64,000 nt of DNA from Octopus sinensis (lineage: Eukaryota): the NCBI RefSeq assembly GCF_006345805.1, contig NC_043015.1:29078001-29142000 (forward strand), in the 5' to 3' direction. The notes below the pieces were generated by a model, which was not told the DNA's origin, did not search any database, and worked only from the letters and a program-made list of their open reading frames with translations. This document shows, one piece after another, positions 55,171 to 64,000 of the stretch. The position numbers and the translations under genes were made by a program. Position 1 is the stretch's first letter, and each line of letters begins with the position of its first letter.

Positions 55171-56110
55171 AAGAAATGGTATATAGTTTAATCATATGCA
55201 AAATCGTTTTATGTTTAATTCTGTATTCATAATTTTATCACACACACACACAGTATATTTGAATTACTGGCATCATCATCATCATCATCATCATTTAACG
55301 TCCGTTTTCCGCGCTAGCACGGGTTGGACGGTTCGACCGGGGTCTGGGAAGCCAGGGGCTGCACCAGGCTCCAGTCTGATCTGGCAGTGTTTCTACGGCT
55401 GGATTCCCTTCCTAATGCTAACCACTCCGCGAGTGTAGGGGGTGCTTTTTATGTGCCACCTGCACAGGTGCCGGGAGGGGGGGGTCTGGCATCGGCCACG
55501 ATCGGTTGGTGCTTTTAACGTGCCACCGGCACGGAAGCCAGCCAAGGCTCTATTTAATAGAGCCTACAGAAAAAGTAACCATTTAACAGAATTTTGTAGG
55601 GAAATTTGTTTCTAAAAAAGGTTTTGGTTGAAACAAAATTCTTAGCCCACTTTTCTCACATCTAATGGCAAACCTTTCAAAGAATTTTATGATTTGTTCA
55701 ATTTTTTATGCAATCCAATTTTATGAAAGAGAAAAAGAAAAGATTTTACCTTTTACTTGTTTTAGTCATTGAACAGCAGCCATGAAGGATTTAGTCCAAC
55801 AAATTGACTATTTACTTTTAAGTCTAGTATTTATTTTGTGAAGACAGAAAAGAACACCAGTTGTCAGGCGATGATAGTGACTGAGGGTAGGGGGACAGTC
55901 AGACACGCACATTTATATGTACACACACACACACACACACACACACAACAGGCTTCCACATAGATTTTGGTTACCAAATTCACTCAAGTCATTGGTTGGC
56001 CCAGGGTTATTGTAGAAGACGCTTGCTCAAGGTGCCACGCAGTGATACCGAACCCAAAACCATGTGGTTGCAAAGCAATAAAAAAAATATATACAGATAA
56101 AATTATGAAT

Positions 56111-56503
56111 AGGCGCAGGAGTGGCTGTGTGGTAAGTAGCTTGTTTACCAATCACATGGTTCCGGGTTCAGTCCCACTGCGTCGCACCTTGGGCAAGTGT
56201 CTTCTACTATGGCCTCGGGCCGACCAAAGCCTTGTGAGTGGATTTGGTAGATGGAAACTGAAAAAAGCCCGTCGTATATATGTATATATATGTGTGTGTT
56301 TGTGTGTCTGTGTTTGTCCCCCTAGCATTGCTTGACAACCGATGCTGGTGTGTTTATGTCCCCGTTACTTAGCGGTTCGGCAAAAGAGACCGATAGCATA
56401 AGTACTGGACTTACAAAAGAATAAGTCCCAGGGTCGAGTTGCTCGATTAAAGGTGGTGCTCCGGCATGGCCACAGTCAAATGACTGAAACAAGTAAAAGA
56501 GAG
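56111..56503 (+). mobile_element. SINE family A
   Basis: Full-length copy. Confidence 0.85.
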
Positions 56504-57239
56504 TTTATGAAGGGGTTCCTCCAGACGTGGAATGCATTTCAAAGGTACCTTAAGAGTAAAATGGTTAGAAAATGTGCTGGGCATCTGGACTTGGTAGAAA
56601 TTCAAAGAAAAGTAGCAGAATAACAACAAATAAAATTAAAACATGTTCAAATTTTATTTCTTTACAAATTGAGATTCTTATTTCCTCCAACGCAAATACA
56701 AAGAACAAAGATTTGTATTTTCCTTTTTCGGGTTTTGATTAGAAAACTTTGAACAAAAAAAAGTTTATATTTCTTCATATAAGTAATATAGTGACATAGC
56801 AGACTACACCAATTAGTAATTAACAAAAAACAAAACAAAACAAAAAAAAAAATCTGGTCCTAAATCACTTTCAACTATCTTCTTTTCATACCAATTCCAT
56901 ATTCATTCGTTACTAGTGAATTAGAAATCAGGGGACACAGAGTAAACTATGATCCCGTCCCCAAAATGTGAAATACCCTGCCAACTACTATCACAAAAAA
57001 CTTTCTAGCTCAGATTTTAAAATTCAAGTTAAATTTCCTTTTTTTTTTTTCACAACCTCAAAATTCTAGTTCGTTGGCACCATCACAGGTGATCTTTATG
57101 TGGTGCCATCACAGGTGCTCTTGAAGTGACATCATCACAGGTGCTTTTTATGTGGTGCCAGCATGGGTCCTTTTTTACAAGATGCCAGCACATAAAATGT
57201 TGATATATAGCAGACACATAAAATGATGATACATACATA

Positions 57240-57271
<32 letters not shown>

Positions 57272-59063
57272 AGAAATTAAAAAAGGAAAATATGCACACT
57301 TACATGGTTTTAATATAATTTTTAATATACTGACTGGTTTCACTACTGCTACTCATGATATTATGTTTAATTTATTTGAATATAGATTTTTTCTTAAGAA
57401 GAAATTTGGTACATATATATATATATACATATGTATATGTATGTATGTATAGCAAACTCCTCACAAAGAGGTGATTTATGGACACATCCCACTGATTTCT
57501 ATAATAGTTGCTAATACAGCGGAGGATTAACTAGCTACTGTCACCATGTTGAATACCAGGCCATATCAAACCGTATATTCTGAAGATTTCTATATAGGAA
57601 GCAAGCTGGCAGAATCATTAGCACACAGGGCAAAATACTTAGCAACATTCTGTCCATCTCTGCGTTCTGAGTTCAAATTTCTGGCCTTGCGCCAAGATTT
57701 GAAACCAATATTTTGGAGACTTCTGCATCCTATTAGAAGGTAAAGACCACTCACCTACATTGATATTAGTAGAAGAGACACACAACATGGAATTCAGGAC
57801 CCATCAAAGCTAATGAGGGCCACTGATCCCTGGTTTGGCACAGTGAAATACATCTAGGCTGTTGAAGAATAAGAAGAATGAGGTTGCTTTTGTTTTTTAG
57901 CATTGATATTTGGTGACAGAGGTAGGGTGGTGAAACTAAAGATTAGTTTAATGACAAGAAAAAAAGACTGATACGCTGTTGTGCATTAAAAAGGATTAAA
58001 AAAGTGGTGAGAAGGAGTAAAATATATGGGAATTACTGCCAGAAAAATGAGAGGCTGTTTAAACTATAAATTATTTTCTTTTTAGCAGTAAACAGAAAAG
58101 ATAAAATTTCAGCAGCCTTACTTCGGAATTTAAAACATTTGTTAAAAAGCATTCCTGATTAAAAAAGAAAAAAAATTTTTCGTTTTAGCAATGTTAAGAC
58201 CTGTTAGACGAAAATAAACTTCTGTTGTCGCTTGATCTTTTCTTTAATTAGTTTACATGTAATTAATTTTCAAATCAAAAAAAATTAATTAGAGTTCTAT
58301 AATTTTGTTAGAGATTAACTAATATCCGTCAACCTACATTCAACGTCAGTAGTGATTACTGTACTAAATATTATTTAACAAAAAAAAAAAAAAAAAAAAA
58401 AAAAGGTAAGATTAAAAGATTAAAAGGATTGCTGAACAAAGAAAAGAAGCAAAACAGTATTTGAAATAATTCTAATAAGCGCTAAAAAAAAGAATGAAAA
58501 ATACTTCAAGAAAAGTGAAAAATCCTCCAACAAAAATAGTATCTCTGCTCCTATGACATCTTCCAACAACATATTTAACAGTTTTCTTTAATAATTTGTG
58601 ATGCTACTTTAAGAGTGTTTGAGAAAAAGAAATACTTTTTAAAAATCTAACAACATCCACATCAAAAATACTATTGGAAAGAGTGTTTTGTTTTTTGTTT
58701 TTTTTCTGAATATACACTGGTCCATTTAGAAATAAAAAATACTGATCAATCTATTAAAAATAGTCATATCATTTGTTAAATATATTGATTTCTAACATAA
58801 AATATTAAAATCGTTTGAATATTTCCACTTGGTTCTTATAATCACGCACACACTTGTACAACCTTTTCTTAGTATATATATATATATCCTTTAATCAATC
58901 CCACGAGTTTCTCTTCATTAAAATATTTTTTTCTTCGTACAAATTAATCAAGTACAGCACTTTCTAAAACCTGCATTTTTTTTTTTAATCATACCAAATC
59001 TTACCAAAATTAAATGGAAAGATTAAATATTTTTTTTGTTTTTTTTTTTGCAGATGTAGTTTT

Positions 59064-59214
59064 TTAATAACCTATATCAGCCTCCATTAATGATTTTGTT
59101 TCAATTTCAAGCGATCAAACATAACTTGGCATAATTCTTGCAGGTCATATTTATGAGACCAATTCCAGTCATTGCGTGCTCGGGAGTCGTCAAAACGTTC
59201 TGGCCAGGAATCGG
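59064..59214 (-). CDS. TDH: L-threonine 3-dehydrogenase last exon: (A)DSWPERFDDSRARNDWNWSHKYDLQELCQVMFDRLKLKTKSLMEADIGY-stop
   Basis: ADSWP..FDDS.AR.DW.W motif, in phase with the upstream exon, TAA at 59064-59066. Confidence 0.94.
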
Positions 59215-59497
59215 CTATAAAAAAAACAAAAAAAAATTTAACTATTAGATTATTTATAATTAGTAATTAACAAAAAACAAAACAAAACAAAAATCTGGTC
59301 CTAAATCACTTTCAACTATCTTCTTTTCATACCAATTCTATACTCATTCATTACTAGTGAATTAGAAATCAGGGGACACAGAGTAAACTACGATCCCATC
59401 CCCAAAATGTGAAATACCCTGCCAACTGCTATCACAAAGAAACTTTCTAGCTCAGATTTTAAAATTCAAGTTAAATTTCCTTTTTTTCACATAAATA

Positions 59498-59867
59498 ACT
59501 CTTTACTCTTTTACTTGTTTCAGTCATTTGACTGCGGCCATGCTGGAGCACCGCCTTTAGTAGAGCAAATCGACCTCGGGACTTATTCTTTGTAAGCCCA
59601 GTACTTACTCTATCGCTAAGTGATGGGGACGTAAACACACCAGCATCGGTTGTCAAGCAATGCTAGGGGGACAAACACAGACACACAAACACATACATAT
59701 ATATACATATATACGACAGGCTTCTTTCAGTTTCCGTCTACCAAATCCACTCACAAGGCTTTGGTCGGCCCGAGGCTATAGCAGAAGAGACTTGCCCAAG
59801 ATGCCACACAGTGGGACTGAACCCGGAACCATGTGGTTGGTTAGCAAGCTACTTACCACACAGCCAC
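59498..59867 (-). mobile_element. SINE family A
   Basis: Reverse-complement copy in TDH intron. Confidence 0.85.
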
Positions 59868-60112
59868 ATTTTTTTTTATCAAATAGAAATTCAATACATG
59901 ATTTAGTTTACATGTATGTTCTTCCATACAAAAATATTAAAATTTTTTGTCTTTTACCATCGGTAGTTACTTCCAACAAGTCATGCATAGCTTTGCAATT
60001 ACGATTTTTTTTTGGTTCAGTTCCACTTTGGAAGCATGCCTTCCATTATAGCTCTGGGCTGACCGGTGCCTTGTGAGTGAATATGGTAGGCAGGAACTAT
60101 GTAGAAGCCCGT

Positions 60113-60480
60113 GAGCTGGCAGAAACGTTAGCAGGCCAGGCGAAATGCTTAGCAGTACGGTATTTCGTCTGCCGCTACATTCTGAGTTCAAATTCTGCCG
60201 AGGTCGACTTTGCCTTTCATCCTTTCGGGGTCGATTAAATAAGTACCAGTTATGCACTGGAGTCGATATGATCGACTTAATCCGTTTGCCTGTCCTTATT
60301 TGTCCCTTCTGTGTTTAGCCCCTTGTAGGTAGTAAAGAAATAGGTATTTCGTCTGCCGTTACGTTCTGAGTTCAAATTCAACCAAGGTTGACTTTATTTA
60401 TCATCTTTTCGGGATTGATAAATTAAGTACTATTTACGCACTGGGGTCGATTTGTTTGTCCCTTCTATGTTTAGCCCCTT
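60113..60480 (+). mobile_element. SINE family C dimer
   Basis: Same core and junction; monomers at about 34176-34413, 53128-53355 and 53688-53925. Confidence 0.8.
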
Positions 60481-60599
60481 GTTGGCATTTCACCTTTCAA
60501 GGCCTATTAAAATAAGTACGAAGTACCAATCGCATACTGTTTTGCATTCAATTTATTACACCTCTTTTAAATTATTTGCAGTAAACCATCAAACTTAGA

Positions 60600-60659
<60 letters not shown>

Positions 60660-60669
<10 letters not shown>

Positions 60670-61068
60670 AATTGTTGTATACAGTGCTCAGGTGCACCAC
60701 AACTTGTCAAAAGTGCGTATAAAGAGTACGCAGTAATGTACAAATGTCTGGAAAGTGAACAGTGTATGAGTCAGATACATGCTTGCGTGTGTATGGAGGG
60801 GAGAAAATCAGGTGTAGTGTTGGTGAATCTCAGGAAGCATGGAAGTTGTGAAGGATGCAGTGCTCCGACAACTAACAACTGATGCCGGCGGTTTGTTCCA
60901 TGCTTCAGCAACTCTTAGAGTGAAAAAATGTTTCCGAAAGTCATGGCAGGAGCTGTGCTGTTTTCTGACTTTGTAAATATGTCCACGGGTGTTAGACAGG
61001 TGGAGTTTGAAAAGGTGCTCAGAGTTACTGTTTGTAAGATGGTTAATAATTTTATGGGTGTCTCTGAT
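60660..61068 (-). mobile_element. CR1/L2-like LINE 3' fragment
   Basis: As 54700-55170. Confidence 0.8.
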
Positions 61069-61451
61069 TACTATCACTATACATAGGTTAGCCTTGAACT
61101 GTCAGAAGCTTCAAGGGTGAAGCATAAGCAATTGCACAGAGTAGACCTAAATAAATAAAGATGATTACAAACTTTTATCCCAGCAGAGATAAAAAGGATC
61201 ACGCATAATAATACCATTCTATTTTTACATTTCATGCCGCACAATAGAACACATAAGCATCAAGGGAGATAATCTTATTGGAGTTATCTACCTTGATATA
61301 TATATAAAAAGTGTACATTTAAACACATGAGAGGCATCATCATCATCATCATAGGATTCCTTGCATGCTAGAGAGGACAGTTAAATTCCAAACCACTATT
61401 AGGGATAAAATTTCGAAGGGAATGAAAAATGAAAACATTTACCATCTAACT

Positions 61452-61521
61452 CCTGGACCAATGGTTTCAGACTTTTTTTAACAAATAAAATAATTTGCTA
61501 GGTGAAGTCTTCCTCAGCAGG
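61452..61521 (-). ncRNA. type I hammerhead ribozyme motif (GUC site), sense in TDH last intron
   Basis: Minus strand: CCTG-CTGAGGA-AGACTT-30nt-AAGTCT-GAAA-CCATTGG-TC-CAGG. Confidence 0.8.
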
Positions 61522-62720
61522 TACATCTTAGATTAAATATATATACACGAGGCAATCCAGTATATGCCCTGTGCTTATACCTTCTAACTTTTCAAATCTA
61601 CTTCGCAAGCGCAGCTCCTTGTCGCCAGTAAATAAAATGCCAGCTTTTCATTTCGAAAATTTTCTAGAAAAATTACCAATAATTAATAATATCAAAGGGT
61701 AATCAGAAATATTTGAAATTTCCATTACCAGTGGCATAGCGTTTAAAAACTTTAGTCAACAGACTATATATTATTCATATAAATACAGTGTACATTTAAA
61801 CACACGAGAGGCATCCTTCATAGGATTCCTTGCACGCTTGGGATAAAATTTCGAAGGGAATGAAAGATAAAAACATTTACCATCTAACTCATTCCCATTG
61901 AAATTTTATCCTATGAGTAATATATAGTCTATTGACTAAATTTTTTATACGCTAAGCCACTGGAAATGGAAATTTCAAATATTTCTGATTACCCTTTGAC
62001 CCTTTGATATTATTAATACCTTGATATGTAGTTAGCTAGCTAGATGGATAGTTGTAGAATTTAAATCATTTTATATGTAAGCTCTCCAAATCCTTTCAGA
62101 CTCCTTGATTTCAAATTGCTAATCCCAGCTCACCACGAAGAAACATCATCATCGTTTAACATCCGCTTTCCATGCTGACATGGGTTAGGCGGTGCAACTG
62201 GGGTCTGGGAAGCCAGAAGGCTGCACCAGGCCCAGTCTGATCTGGCAATGTTTCTACGGCTGGATGCCCTTCTTCCTAACGCCAACCACTCCATGAGTGT
62301 AGTGGGTGCTTTTTACGTGCCAGTGGCACGGGGGCCAGACGAGGCTGGCAAACGGCCACAATTGGATGGTGCTTTTTACATGCCACCAGCACGGAGGCCA
62401 GGCGAGGCTGGCAATGGCCACGACCGGATGGTGCTTTTTACATGCCACCGGCACGGAAGCCAGTCGGGGCGGCGCTGGCAACGACCACGTTCGGATGGTT
62501 CTCTTATGTGCCCACCGGACAGTTACCTCCGTCGTTTACATTAACGGTCATTCAGAAGGTACTATCCATTTATGAAGTCTCCACAGGAAAAGAAGATTAC
62601 AACGGGAATGGCTAACTCCCAAACCGGATATGTGTGTGTCTTAACCAAGTGCAATGTTTGTATGAAGAAGACAGAAGCAAAATTACATGAAGAATATAGG
62701 TTTGTTGAGAGTATACATAC

Positions 62721-62987
62721 CAATGGCTTGTCTATCATCTGGTTTGTATGTAACCTCCAGATCCGGTACAAATTTCTTTACTTCTTCCACAAGCTCTGCT
62801 GGTGTAAAGCTCATTGCATTTACATTATAAGTTCTCAGTGATAATTTATCTGCTGGAGTGGCCATATATTTTACTACAGACTCAAGGCAGTCATCAATGT
62901 ACATCATGGGCAATCTTGTGTCGGGTTTCAGGAAACATTCAAATTTCTTTGTAGAAATAGCATCATGGAATATGTGTACTGCATAAT
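62721..62987 (-). CDS. TDH: L-threonine 3-dehydrogenase (mitochondrial), penultimate coding exon: (D)YAVHIFHDAISTKKFECFLKPDTRLPMMYIDDCL...RTYNVNAMSFTPAEL...DDRQAI
   Basis: Hallmark DYAV..F, DTRLPMMY..DC, RTYN..AMSFTP, RQAI motifs; acceptor at 62988-62989, donor gtatgt; phase 1-1. Confidence 0.95.
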
Positions 62988-63104
62988 CTGTTAGAGAATG
63001 AAAAGGGTGTATAAATGAAAAGGGTGTATAAATGAAAAGGGTGTATAAAAATTGAAGAATTACATCTGATTTAGTCAGCTTCGAAGAAGAATTTAATAAT
63101 GATA

Positions 63105-63525
63105 GGTGCAGGAGTGGCTGTGTGGTAAGTAGCTTGTTTACCAACCACATGGTTCCGGGTTCAGTCCCACTGCGTGGCATCTTGGGCAAGTGTCTTCTAC
63201 TACTATAGCCTCGGGCCTACCAATGCCTTGTGAGTGGATTTGGTAGACGGAAACTGAAAGAAGCCCGTCGTATATATGTATATATATATATATATGTATG
63301 CGTGTGTATGTTTGTATGTTTGTGTTTGTCCCCCTAGCATTGCTTGACAACCGATGCTGGTGTGTTTATGTCCCCCGTTACTTAGCGGTTCGGCAAAAGA
63401 GACCGATAAAATAAGTACTGGGCTTACGAAGAATAAGTCCCGGGGTCGATTTGCTCGACTAAAAAGGCGGTGCTCCAGCATGGCCGCAATCAAATGACTG
63501 AAACAAGTAAAAGAATTAAAGAGAG
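63105..63525 (+). mobile_element. SINE family A
   Basis: Full-length copy in TDH intron. Confidence 0.85.
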
Positions 63526-64000
63526 TATGAATTCAAATGAAAATTTTAGTTCACAAGTATGTGTAGGTATGGCTGTACAGTTAAGAAATTTGCTTTACAA
63601 CCATGCGGCTTTGGGTTCAGTCCCACCTCACAGCACCTTAAGCAAGTGTCTTTTACCATAATGCTAGGTTGACCAATGACTTGAAAGGGAATTTGTAGGG
63701 AAGCCTGTTGTGTTTGTGTGTATGTGTTTTCATGTATATATGTTTGCATGTGTGAAAGCACGTGGCTTAGTGACTAGGATATTTGGCTTGTGATTGTAAG
63801 GCCATGAGTTCAATTCCTGATAGTATATTGTGTCCTTGGGCAAGGCATTTTATTTCACATTGCTCCAGTCCACTCAGCTGGCAAAAAATGAGTAGTACCT
63901 GTATTTCAAAGGGCCAGGTTTGTCACATTCTCTATCATGCTGAATCTACCTGAGAAATATGTTAAGGATACACATGCCTGTTGAGTACTCAATCACTTGC

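Overview
Eukaryotic, AT-rich, microsatellite- and SINE-dense genomic DNA; the repeat landscape looks like Octopus (coleoid cephalopod), which is an inference, not a database result. Two convergent protein-coding genes are supported. (1) Plus strand: 17 phase-consistent GT-AG exons (18382-47129, about 965 codons) encode most of a VWA + double-dCache protein of the alpha2delta/CACHD1 family, with an intact MIDAS, two intact amino-acid-binding Cache motifs, a Cys-rich insert and a GPI-type C-terminus. Its N-terminal exons are unresolved (candidate exon 9168-9247; assembly gap near 16.1-16.2 kb). (2) Minus strand: the last two coding exons of mitochondrial L-threonine 3-dehydrogenase (62721-62987, 59064-59214). 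Introns and the intergenic region hold several tRNA-derived SINE families, a 5S-headed chimeric SINE, fragments of Penelope, CR1-like, RTE, R4/Dong-like, Gypsy, mariner and hAT elements, and TTAA MITEs. The most striking signal is a set of short Penelope-like elements beside (TA)n tracts that carry type I hammerhead ribozyme motifs: 7 complete motifs (two with a defect, three with an extra base) and 2 half motifs, in at least 4 sequence variants with compensatory changes. Many are folded into 70-200 bp near-perfect inverted repeats, and three of the ribozymes lie sense to host-gene introns. Ribozyme activity, expression and editing cannot be seen from sequence and need testing.
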